From assembly GCA_005776735.1 (NCBI GenBank), contig SXOM01000024.1, positions 1-36,990 of the forward strand: 36,990 nucleotides of DNA, given 5' to 3'. This stretch comes from Pseudomonadota bacterium (GTDB taxonomy: Bacteria > Myxococcota_A > UBA796 > SXON01). The translations under genes and the position numbers were made by a program. Shown here one piece after another: positions 1 through 7,598 of this stretch. The notes beneath the pieces are model-generated. The model did no database searches, was not told the origin of the DNA, and worked only from the letters and a program-made list of their open reading frames with translations. The number at the start of each line of letters is the position of its first letter. Position 1 is the first letter of the stretch.

Positions 1-1222
1 GCGGCCGCTCCGCCACGACGGGCGGGGGCGGCGCAGGCGCCGCCGGGAGCGGCGGCAGCTCGTCGCGCGTGAAGGCGGCCAGGTCGTCGTCGACTCCGCG
101 CCGCACCGTCACGTGCTCGGTGGACGCCCGGTGGGACGGCAGGTCGATCGAGAAGACCGCCTCTTCTTCTGCGTCGCTGAACTGCGCGCCGAAGGCGGCC
201 GCACCAGTGAGGGGGTCGCTCTCCACCGCCGCGCTGCCCGCCGCGGCGGGGGGCGCCGGCGGTGCCGGGCGTTCGACGGGCGCGGCGCGTTCGACGGGCG
301 GGGGGCGCACCGGGCCCCGGTCGGTGGGCTCCGGCTCCGGCGGCGCCATCGACAACGACGCCGCGGCCTCGTCGTGTTCGTCGGCCTCGCCGAGGGCGAG
401 CGCCTCGGCGTCGTCCAGCGGACCCTCGGCCTCGCCGAGCGCCAAGAGGTCGTCGGTGTCGACCCCCGCGTCGACGCTGACGGTGGGCGCGTTCTCCAGG
501 CCCCGACCGCGCGGGAGGGGCGCGGGCGACTCGGCCTGCAGCACGGTCCGCGACTGGTCCAGGCCGGCGCGCCGCGGCCGCTCGACCTCGTAGTCCGAGA
601 CCCGCGCCACCGGAGTGGCCGGGCGCGCCGGGGGCGGCAGCGGCGCCAGCGGGGGCGGCCGACGGCCGGCGATGCCCGGCGGCGGCGCGTCGGCGATGTT
701 GGCCGCGCCCTGGCTCGGGCCCGTGAGCCCGGCGAGGGCGGAGTCGGCGTCGTCCTGCTCTTCGCCGTGCACGGTGATGGAGTCGAGCGCCTGGCGGAGC
801 TCGCTCAGCGACGGGCGACGCGACTTCGGCTTGGACGGGCGGGCCTCGGGGGCGACCGTGATGACCGGGAGCACCGCGTAGCGGAACCCGCCGTCGACCA
901 CGACCTCCATCTCGTGCCACCGCTCGAGCTCCAGCCGTTCGAGCTGCGGCTCCTCGATGCGGTTGAGGAGGTGACCCTGGCGCGCGCGCCCGCCGTCCCA
1001 CACGAGGATGAAGCGGGTGCTGCGGAGCTGCGCGGTGGAGAGGCGCTCCTCGATGCCCACCGGGCGGGCCGGCGGGTCGATGAGCACGCCCGGGCGCGCG
1101 ACGCGCAAGATGCCCTTGCCGTCCATCGCTTCGAACCGGAGCGAGAACGGACCCTCGGCCACGTTCTGCCGGCGGATCCACAGGCGAAACCGCGGGGGAT
1201 GGGCTTGGGAGTCGACAGCCAT
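1..1222 (-). CDS. hypothetical protein, C-terminus cut by the window edge; compact N-terminal region followed by a long Pro/Ala/Asp/Glu-rich low-complexity tail
   Basis: Own translation of the minus strand from ATG (complement of cat 1220-1222) gives MAVDSQAHPPRFRLWIRRQNVAEGPFSLRFEAMDGKGILRVARPG... and stays open to position 1. Third codon positions are G/C-dominated. It is absent from the ORF track because no stop lies in the window. The + ORF 113..1360 is its Arg/Gly-rich shadow. No family recognised. Confidence 0.55.
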   Translation of the reverse strand, partial: MAVDSQAHPPRFRLWIRRQNVAEGPFSLRFEAMDGKGILRVARPGVLIDPPARPVGIEERLSTAQLRSTRFILVWDGGRARQGHLLNRIEEPQLERLELERWHEMEVVVDGGFRYAVLPVITVAPEARPSKPKSRRPSLSELRQALDSITVHGEEQDDADSALAGLTGPSQGAANIADAPPPGIAGRRPPPLAPLPPPARPATPVARVSDYEVERPRRAGLDQSRTVLQAESPAPLPRGRGLENAPTVSVDAGVDTDDLLALGEAEGPLDDAEALALGEADEHDEAAASLSMAPPEPEPTDRGPVRPPPVERAAPVERPAPPAPPAAAGSAAVESDPLTGAAAFGAQFSDAEEEAVFSIDLPSHRASTEHVTVRRGVDDDLAAFTRDELPPLPAAPAPPPPVVAERP

Positions 1223-1266
1223 GCAGGGCGCGAGTGTATCGCGCCCGTGCAGATCGTGGGCATCGC

Positions 1267-1295
1267 TTGCCGCGCGCCCCGGCCGGCACTACAGT
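1267..1295 (+). promoter_or_regulatory. candidate sigma70-like promoter for the small ORF (TTGCCG - 17 nt - TACAGT)
   Basis: TTGCCG at about 1267-1272 and TACAGT at about 1290-1295 with 17-nt spacing, 20 nt upstream of the GGGAGGGG Shine-Dalgarno-like run before ATG 1315. Pattern match only. Confidence 0.25.
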
Positions 1296-1314
1296 CCGGG
1301 CAACGGGAGGGGAA

Positions 1315-1506
1315 ATGGGCATCGGACGTTCGATCCTGCGCGGGCTCAAGGACAAGGTGATGAGCCGCTACGGGGAGAAGATCGTGTCGAACCTGGGCGA
1401 CACCTCGTCGGACGCCCCCAACAAGTTCAGCGAACCCAAGCGCAACCTCTACGACGAGCTGGACAAGGAAGGCCGCATCGAGAAGAAACCCGGCTCCGAC
1501 CGGTGA
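1315..1506 (+). CDS. small highly charged hypothetical protein (63 aa)
   Basis: In-frame ATG at 1315 within ORF 1234..1506, preceded by GGGAGGGG. Product: MGIGRSILRGLKDKVMSRYGEKIVSNLGDTSSDAPNKFSEPKRNLYDELDKEGRIEKKPGSDR. The composition is real-protein-like (K/E/D/S rich rather than R/P/G shadow type), with G/C at third positions. Confidence 0.55.
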   Translation: MGIGRSILRGLKDKVMSRYGEKIVSNLGDTSSDAPNKFSEPKRNLYDELDKEGRIEKKPGSDR

Positions 1507-1519
1507 ACGTCGGCCCCGG

Positions 1520-1545
1520 CGCCGCGATGCGCGGCGGCGGTTTCG
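1520..1545 (+). terminator. weak hairpin plus short T-run after the small ORF
   Basis: CGCCGCG-atg-CGCGGCG (about 1520-1536) followed by GCGGTTTCG. The loop is very short and the T-run is only 3 nt. Confidence 0.25.
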
Positions 1546-1615
1546 TACCCGTGCGGACCGGTGCGCGGCGCATCGCCCACCGCATCCTCCCCCTCCGGCG
1601 TTAGTCCGCCCACCC

Positions 1616-3064
1616 ATGTCGGTCGGTCGCACCGCGCTCTGGTTGGTTCCGCTGGCGCTGGTGGCGCGCGGCGCGGGCTTCGTCGTCCCCATCGTCATCG
1701 CGACGTGGTTCGGCGTCCGCCCGGAGACCGACGCGTTCTTCTTCGCGCTGAGCGTCCCGAGTTTTCTGCTGGTCCTGGCGAGCAACGCGATGGGCACGGT
1801 GGCGGTGCCCCCGCTCGCCGCGCTCGTCGTGCGAGAGCCGGCGCGCCTGGGGCCCGTCATCTCGGGCGCAGCGGCGGCGGCGGCGGGCCTCGCGCTCTCG
1901 GTGGGCATCACCTTCGCGTGGGTCGTGCCCACGTTGGTGCCGCGCCTCACCCAGTTCGACGTGGCGACCCAGGCCATCGCGGTCCGCCACACGTGGATGC
2001 TCCTGCCCTTCGTCGCGGGGGTCGCCGCCATCGCCGTGGTGCGCGCGGGGTGCGAGGTGGTGGGCGCGGTCCGGGCCGCGGCGCTCGCGCCGATCGCGCG
2101 CGCCGGGGTGATGCTCGTGGCGGTCGGCGCCGGGTTCGACCTGGGCGTCGACGCGTTGCCGCTCGGCATGTGCGCCGGGGCCGCCGCAGAGCTGCTGTGG
2201 TTGTCGGCCGTCCTCACGCACCGCGGGGTGCGGCTCGGCTGGCCGCGGTGGCCGGCCGAGCTCGGCGCGGCCACGGGGGCGGTGCTGCCGGTCCTCGCCG
2301 GCGAGGCGATGGTGGCGCTGAACCTCGTCGTCGACAAGGCCTTCGCCAGCCGGCTCGACGCGGGGAGCGTCACCCTCCTGGAGTACGCCGACCGAGCGCG
2401 GGTCATCCCGCAGACCCTCTTGGAGTCAAGCCTCCTGGTCGTCGCGTTCAACACCTGGGCGGCGGCCCGGGCCCGCGGCGACCGGCAGGCGCAGCGGGAG
2501 GGCGTGGCCCAGGCGCTCGGCTGGGTCTTCCTCCTCGCCCCGCCGGTCCTCGCGGGGATGGTCGTCGCGCGTGAGCCGATCGTCCGCACCTTGTTCCTGC
2601 ACGGCGCGTTCCCCGAGTCGGGCGTCCGCGCCTGCGCCGACACGCTCGGCGCCTTCGTTCCCGGCATCTTCGCGTCGCTGGTCGGCGCGCTCCTGGTCAA
2701 GGCCCACATCGTCGACGGCCGCTTCCGCCTGGTCCTCGCGCTCGGGGTCGCCTCGAGCGTCACCAACCTCGCGCTCAACGTGGTCCTCGCGCCGCGCCTG
2801 GGGCTCCCCGGCCTCGCGTTGTCCACCTCGCTCACCACCGTGATGATCAGCGTGGTGAGCTGGGCACTCTTGCGGGCGCCGGGAGAAGCGCCGCCGCGCC
2901 TGGCCCCGTCGGGACTCGCGGTCCTCGCGACCAGCGCGGTCGGGGCCGTGGCGCTCCTCGACCTCGGCGCCACCTCGCCGCTCGACCCGCGCCTCTTCGC
3001 CGCCGCGGTCCCCTTCGTCGCCCTCCTCGCGTTCGGTGCGTGGCGGGCACGGCGGCCGGCGTGA
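1616..3064 (+). CDS. MurJ/MviN-family (MOP superfamily) lipid-linked glycan flippase
   Basis: ORF 1616..3064 (ATG), a polytopic membrane protein. The N-terminus ...ARGAGFVVPIVIATWFGVRPETDAFFFALSVPSFL... fits the conserved MurJ/MviN N-terminal pattern (TDAFF.A..P). GTGA overlap with the next gene. Confidence 0.75.
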   Translation: MSVGRTALWLVPLALVARGAGFVVPIVIATWFGVRPETDAFFFALSVPSFLLVLASNAMGTVAVPPLAALVVREPARLGPVISGAAAAAAGLALSVGITFAWVVPTLVPRLTQFDVATQAIAVRHTWMLLPFVAGVAAIAVVRAGCEVVGAVRAAALAPIARAGVMLVAVGAGFDLGVDALPLGMCAGAAAELLWLSAVLTHRGVRLGWPRWPAELGAATGAVLPVLAGEAMVALNLVVDKAFASRLDAGSVTLLEYADRARVIPQTLLESSLLVVAFNTWAAARARGDRQAQREGVAQALGWVFLLAPPVLAGMVVAREPIVRTLFLHGAFPESGVRACADTLGAFVPGIFASLVGALLVKAHIVDGRFRLVLALGVASSVTNLALNVVLAPRLGLPGLALSTSLTTVMISVVSWALLRAPGEAPPRLAPSGLAVLATSAVGAVALLDLGATSPLDPRLFAAAVPFVALLAFGAWRARRPA

Positions 3065-4200
3065 ACAGGCTCGCCGTCGCCCTCCTGGCCGCGCTGCTGA
3101 TGGCGTGGCCCTACATCGCGCTCGACGTGCACCTGCCCCTGGGCGGCTGGGACCTCGACGCGCCGGTGGCCGACGTCCTCGCGCTCCTGCTCGTCCCCTG
3201 GGGCGCGTGGCGCCTGGTGCGCGGGCACCGGCCGGACGGCGCGGCCGGCTACCTGGTGCTCGTCGGCGCCGGCCTCGCCAGCGCATGGATCGCGTCCGAT
3301 CGGGTCGAGGCGCTGCACGAGTGGGCGCGCCGCCCCGTGTTCTACGGGTTGGCCTACGGGCTCGGGGTCACCGCCCTCGTCGCGGCCATCGACGCGCCGA
3401 TCGTCCGCCGCGCGCTCGCGGCCGCGGTGGCGGTGGCGGCGCTCATCTCGCTGGCCACCAGCGCCGGCCGCATCCTCGCCGGCGACACGTTGTGGTACTC
3501 GGCCATCGCCGGGCTGACCAACAACCACAAGACGGTGGCGGTGGCCCTCGCCCCCGCCCTCGCGTTCTTGTGGGGCAGCCCCGCGCCGGAGGCCGAGCGT
3601 CGGGTGCTGCGCGGGGTGGTCGTCCTCGGCGTGCTCGCGCTGCTGGCGAGCGCGTCGCGCACCGCGTGGATCAGCGCCGGGCTCGCGGCGACGTGGTGGA
3701 TCACGTGGCGGGGCCGCGCCTGGGCGGACCGACCGTGGCTGGTGCCCACCCTCGCGGTGCTCGGGTTCGTGGCCGCCACCTACGGACCGATCGCGACGCG
3801 CTCCATCCCCCAGATCGACGCGATGCGGTCGCGCTACAGCATCGACAAGCGGAGCTGGGCCCTCTTCGCGTCGAGCCCGCTGGTCGGGGCCTCGCCGGGG
3901 CAGTCCGTCCGCACCGAGCTCGTCCGGTTCCCCGAGTACCGGGTCAACGGGGTCGACGCCCACGGCGTCGTGCAGAAGGTCGGCGCCGAGTACGGGCTCT
4001 TGGGGCTCGCAGGCTACGGCGCGTTCGTGTGGGCGACGGGGCGCCGGTGCCGCCGTCGGCACCGGCCCGGCGACGGCACGTGGCCCGCCTTCGTCGCGCT
4101 CCACCTCAACCTGCTCCTGTCCACCGAGACGTTCACCCAGACGCACTGGGCGATGTGGGCGCTCCTCGTCGGGTCCACCCGCGACGACCGCCCGGAATGA
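3061..4200 (+). CDS. O-antigen ligase / Wzy_C-like polytopic membrane protein
   Basis: ORF 3040..4200. GTG 3061 is preferred because it forms a GTGA overlap with the upstream stop; GTG 3040 is equally possible. Many TM segments and a ...LLASASRTAWISAGLAATWW... loop typical of the O-antigen ligase family. Confidence 0.7.
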   Translation: MNRLAVALLAALLMAWPYIALDVHLPLGGWDLDAPVADVLALLLVPWGAWRLVRGHRPDGAAGYLVLVGAGLASAWIASDRVEALHEWARRPVFYGLAYGLGVTALVAAIDAPIVRRALAAAVAVAALISLATSAGRILAGDTLWYSAIAGLTNNHKTVAVALAPALAFLWGSPAPEAERRVLRGVVVLGVLALLASASRTAWISAGLAATWWITWRGRAWADRPWLVPTLAVLGFVAATYGPIATRSIPQIDAMRSRYSIDKRSWALFASSPLVGASPGQSVRTELVRFPEYRVNGVDAHGVVQKVGAEYGLLGLAGYGAFVWATGRRCRRRHRPGDGTWPAFVALHLNLLLSTETFTQTHWAMWALLVGSTRDDRPE

Positions 4201-5393
4201 CGATGCGCCTCCTCTTGGTGAACAGCTTTCTCCACGCCCGCGGCGGCGACACCACGCTCTTCTTCGCCGAGTGGCGCGGGTGGGAAGCACGCGGCGTGGA
4301 GATCGTGCCCTTCGCCATGCGGCACCCCGACAACGAGGTGTCGCCGTGGGCCGTGCACTTCCCGGCGTGGCGTTCGCCCCGGACGCCGGTGACCGGGCCC
4401 GGCGCGGCCGAGGCGCTGGCGCACGCGGTGTGGAACCGGGACGCCGCCCGGAGCCTCGCTCGGCTCGTCGCGCAGGTCCGGCCCGACGCGGCGCACGTCC
4501 ACCACGTGCATCGGCACCTCACGCCGTCGATCTTCCCGGTCCTGCGCCGGGCCGGCGTGCGTACCGCGTGGACGCTGCACGACCACGAGCTGGTGTGCCC
4601 GAACGGCCTGCGCTTCACCGCCGGTGCGCCCTGCTTCCGGTGCCAGGGCGGGCGCTACGCGGCGGCGGTCCGCCACCGCTGCAAGGACGGCGCGATCGGG
4701 CCCAGCGTGGCGGTCGCCATCGAGAAGGCCATCCATCGTGGGTTGCGACGCATGGCCGCGCCGGACGTCTACCTCGCGCCGAGCTGGCACCTCGCCGAGG
4801 GGCTCGTCGCCGACGGCGTTCCCGAGGCGAGCGTGCAGCACCTCCCCAACCTGGTCGAGGTCCTGGCCGAGCCCGGTCCGCTCGGCGCCAACGTGGTCTT
4901 CGCCGGGCGCCTCACTGCGGAGAAGGGCGTGGACGCGGTGGCGGCGGTGGCGCGCGCCTTGCCTGCGGTGCGGGTGGACGTGCTCGGCGAAGGGCCCGAG
5001 CGGGGGCGCCTGGCGGGGCTCGCCAACGTCGTCTGTCACGGCCAGCTCGGGCGCGCCGAGGTGCACGCCCGGCTCGCCACCGCCGGCGTGGTGCTGGTCC
5101 CCTCGCGCTGGCCCGAGAACCAGCCGTACGCGGTGCTCGAAGCCCAGCTCCTCGCCCGCCCGGTCGTCGCGCGCGCGGTGGGCGGCGTGCCGGAGTTGAT
5201 CGAGGACGGACGCACCGGCCGCCTCGTACAGACCGACCCCGAGCTGGTCCAGGCGACACGGCAGCTCCTCGGCGACCCGGCAAGGGCCGCCGCGCTTGGG
5301 GCCGCCGCGCAGGCGCAGGTGCGCACGACCCACGGCGCGCCGGCGTGGTTCGGCCGGATGGCGGCCGTCTTGGGCCTCGGCGGTGTCACCTGA
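4197..5393 (+). CDS. GT4-family (GT-B fold) glycosyltransferase
   Basis: In-frame ATG 4197 in ORF 3036..5393 (ATGA overlap). The sequence MTMRLLLVNSFLHARGGD... then ...VFAGRLTAEKGVD...LVPSRWPENQPYAVLEAQLLARPVVARAVGGVPELIEDGRTGRLV... is the classic GT4 C-terminal signature. Confidence 0.85.
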   Translation: MTMRLLLVNSFLHARGGDTTLFFAEWRGWEARGVEIVPFAMRHPDNEVSPWAVHFPAWRSPRTPVTGPGAAEALAHAVWNRDAARSLARLVAQVRPDAAHVHHVHRHLTPSIFPVLRRAGVRTAWTLHDHELVCPNGLRFTAGAPCFRCQGGRYAAAVRHRCKDGAIGPSVAVAIEKAIHRGLRRMAAPDVYLAPSWHLAEGLVADGVPEASVQHLPNLVEVLAEPGPLGANVVFAGRLTAEKGVDAVAAVARALPAVRVDVLGEGPERGRLAGLANVVCHGQLGRAEVHARLATAGVVLVPSRWPENQPYAVLEAQLLARPVVARAVGGVPELIEDGRTGRLVQTDPELVQATRQLLGDPARAAALGAAAQAQVRTTHGAPAWFGRMAAVLGLGGVT

Positions 5394-5413
5394 CGCCCCC
5401 CTCCGCCGGCCGC

Positions 5414-6271
5414 GTGGCGACGGTGCTCGCGGTCGCCATCGCCGCGGTCAGCACCGCGGGTACGCTGGTGCGCCTCGCCCCCGACGTGCATGCGTTGGCG
5501 CTCGCGTTCTGGCGCGTGCTGCTGGTCGGGGTGCTGCTCGCGCCCGGCCTGCGCCCGGTCGGGCGCCGCGAGCTACGGCTCAGCCTCGTCGGGGGGCTCT
5601 TCCTGGCGCTCCACTTCTGGACGTGGTTCTTGTCCCTGCGGGAGACTTCGGTGCTCCGCAGCACGCTGTTGGTCTGCCTGACGCCCATCTGGGCCTCGTG
5701 CCTGGAGTGGGCGTGGCTCGGCGCGCGCCCGTCCCTGCGCTTCGCCGTCGGCATCGCGGTGGCGGTGGCCGGCGTCGGGGTGCTGGTCGCGGGGGGCGAC
5801 GAGGCCCAGGGGAGCGCGCTCGGCGACGCCCTCGCGGTCGCCGGCGGCATGCTCGGCGCGGCCTACTTCACGATCGGACGGGTGGTGCGGCGTACGGTCC
5901 CGATCACCACCTACGGCCCCCTGTCGGGGCTCGCGACCGCGGGGTGGTTGGCCCTCTTCGCCGCGAGCCAGGGCGTGCCGCTGTGGGGGTTCCCGTCGTC
6001 GGCCTGGTGGGCCATCGGAGGCTTGGCGCTCGGCCCGCAACTGCTCGGCCACGTCGGGTTCAACTACGCGGTGGGCCGACTGCCGGCGGCGGTGGTGGCG
6101 GCGGTGGTGCTGCTCGAACCGGTCGGCGCCACCGGGGTCGCCGCCGTGGTGCTCCACGAGACGCCCGACGGACACGATGTGCTCGGGGCGGCCATCACGC
6201 TCTTCGGCGTGCTCGTGGCGGTGTGGCCGTCGCAACCGAAGGTCGAGGGCGCGGCGCCGCGACCGGCCTGA
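5414..6271 (+). CDS. EamA/DMT-family transporter
   Basis: In-frame GTG 5414 in ORF 4271..6271. About 10 hydrophobic helices in two similar halves (…LALAFWRVLLVGVLLAP… / …LLGHVGFNYAVGRLPAAVVAAVVLLEPV…). The start codon is uncertain. Confidence 0.7.
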   Translation: MATVLAVAIAAVSTAGTLVRLAPDVHALALAFWRVLLVGVLLAPGLRPVGRRELRLSLVGGLFLALHFWTWFLSLRETSVLRSTLLVCLTPIWASCLEWAWLGARPSLRFAVGIAVAVAGVGVLVAGGDEAQGSALGDALAVAGGMLGAAYFTIGRVVRRTVPITTYGPLSGLATAGWLALFAASQGVPLWGFPSSAWWAIGGLALGPQLLGHVGFNYAVGRLPAAVVAAVVLLEPVGATGVAAVVLHETPDGHDVLGAAITLFGVLVAVWPSQPKVEGAAPRPA

Positions 6272-6300
6272 CGGCGGCAGGGTCCGGCGCGCCGCGCGAC

Positions 6301-6324
6301 GAAACAGCATAGCGGTTGCCCGAA
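6301..6324 (+). promoter_or_regulatory. speculative ECF-type promoter (GAAAC - 15 nt - CGAA) upstream of the sigma gene
   Basis: GAAAC at 6301-6305 and CGAAC at 6321-6325. Resembles AAC...CGT/CGA ECF promoters, but it is a single pattern match. Confidence 0.15.
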
Positions 6325-6354
6325 CTTCGCCCTCACGTGTCCAGCCCCACGACG

Positions 6355-6831
6355 ATGCCCGACATCCAGGAGCTCTACCGCCGCTACGGCGGCCTGGTGC
6401 TCCGCCGTGTCCGACGCTTCTACGCGTCGGAGGAGGCCAACGACGTGGTTCACGAAGTCTTCTGCCGAGCGATCGAGAAGCAGGACACCTTCCGCGGGGA
6501 GTCCTCGGCGGGCACGTGGTTGTTCCGCCTCACCACCCGGTACTGCCTCAATCGCCTCCGCGATCAGAAGCGCCGGCGCGAGCTGTTGGACGCGCAGGGC
6601 GACCTCGGCTGGTGGGCCCCCTCCACCGACACCGCCAACCAGGAGCGTGTGGCGATGACCCGCGAATTGTGGGCGGAGCTCGACGAGGAGCTCGCGCTGG
6701 TCGGCATCTACTACCACGTCGACGGCATGAGCCAGGCCGAGATCGCGGAGGTGCTCGCGGTCTCGCGGCGCACGGTGGGCAACCGGCTGGAGGCGCTCGA
6801 GACCCTCCTGCGCGCCCGGGTGCAACGATGA
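6355..6831 (+). CDS. ECF-type RNA polymerase sigma-70 family factor
   Basis: ORF 6316..6831 (TTG). ATG 6355 is preferred; GTG 6337 is possible. Region 2 is ...EANDVVHEVFCRAIEKQDTF...WLFRLTTRYCLNRLRD... and the region 4 HTH is ...MSQAEIAEVLAVSRRTVGNRLEAL... Confidence 0.9.
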   Translation: MPDIQELYRRYGGLVLRRVRRFYASEEANDVVHEVFCRAIEKQDTFRGESSAGTWLFRLTTRYCLNRLRDQKRRRELLDAQGDLGWWAPSTDTANQERVAMTRELWAELDEELALVGIYYHVDGMSQAEIAEVLAVSRRTVGNRLEALETLLRARVQR

Positions 6832-7598
6832 GCCCCCTCACCCGCGACGGCCACCTCAGCGACCTGGGCATGGAGCTGTACGCCCTCGGCGAGCTCGTTC
6901 CCGCCGCGCACTCCGAAGCCGAGGCCCACTTGCAGGCGTGCGGCGCGTGCCAGGGCCGACGCGCGGCGATGGACACGATCGAGCTGCCGACGGCCCCCGA
7001 GGCCGCCGCGCCGGCGCAGCCGCCCCGCCTCGCGGTCGTGCCCGGCGGGGGCGCCCCGAAGCCGGCGCCGGCCCCCGAAGCGGGGCGGCGCACGCGGTGG
7101 TGGCCGGCGGTGGTGGGCACGCTGGCGCTCGCGGCGGGGGCATTGTCGATGCTCTTGCAGCCGAAGCCCGGCGCCGAGTACCAGCTCCGCGGCGAGGGGC
7201 TCACCCTCGAGGTCTACCGGGACAGCGAAGCCGGCGTAGAGGCCCTGGGGGTCGGTGCCACCGTACAGGCCGGCGACCACCTCGGGTTCCGGCTGGCGAG
7301 CGCGGAGCCCGGGCACGTGCTGGTCTTCGGCGTCGACGCCCGCGGGGTCGCCTGGCCGGCGTGGCCCCCCGGGGAGGCCGCCCACGCGGTCGCGGTCGAG
7401 GCGGGTCCGGCGCGCGCGCTCGATGCGGCCGTGATGCTCGACGATGCGACCGGCGACGAGCGGGTGCTGGCGGTGCGCTGTCCCGACGGCTTCGATTTCG
7501 CCGCGGTGGCTGCGCACGTGGGCACCGAAGGGCCGCCGTCGGGGCTCGATCCCGCGTGCGCGTGGGTCGAGGTGCGGCTGCCGCGGGCGGCCCCGTGA
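6828..7598 (+). CDS. zinc-finger (HxxxCxxC) anti-sigma factor with one TM segment and a periplasmic beta-rich, DUF4384-like domain
   Basis: ATG 6828 in ORF 6177..7598 (ATGA overlap with the sigma stop). Features in order: AHLQACGAC motif, Pro/Ala linker, TM segment WWPAVVGTLALAAGALSMLL, then ...GDHLGFRLASAEPGHVLVFGVDARGVAWPAWP... Confidence 0.75.
   Translation: MSPLTRDGHLSDLGMELYALGELVPAAHSEAEAHLQACGACQGRRAAMDTIELPTAPEAAAPAQPPRLAVVPGGGAPKPAPAPEAGRRTRWWPAVVGTLALAAGALSMLLQPKPGAEYQLRGEGLTLEVYRDSEAGVEALGVGATVQAGDHLGFRLASAEPGHVLVFGVDARGVAWPAWPPGEAAHAVAVEAGPARALDAAVMLDDATGDERVLAVRCPDGFDFAAVAAHVGTEGPPSGLDPACAWVEVRLPRAAP

Noticed and set aside
805-4290. 1161-aa minus-strand ORF spanning the murJ-like and ligase-like region
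   Set aside because: The translation is Arg/Pro/Ala/Gly-dominated shadow sequence. The opposite strand carries three recognisable membrane or GT proteins with proper codon bias. Long antisense ORFs are expected at this GC content.
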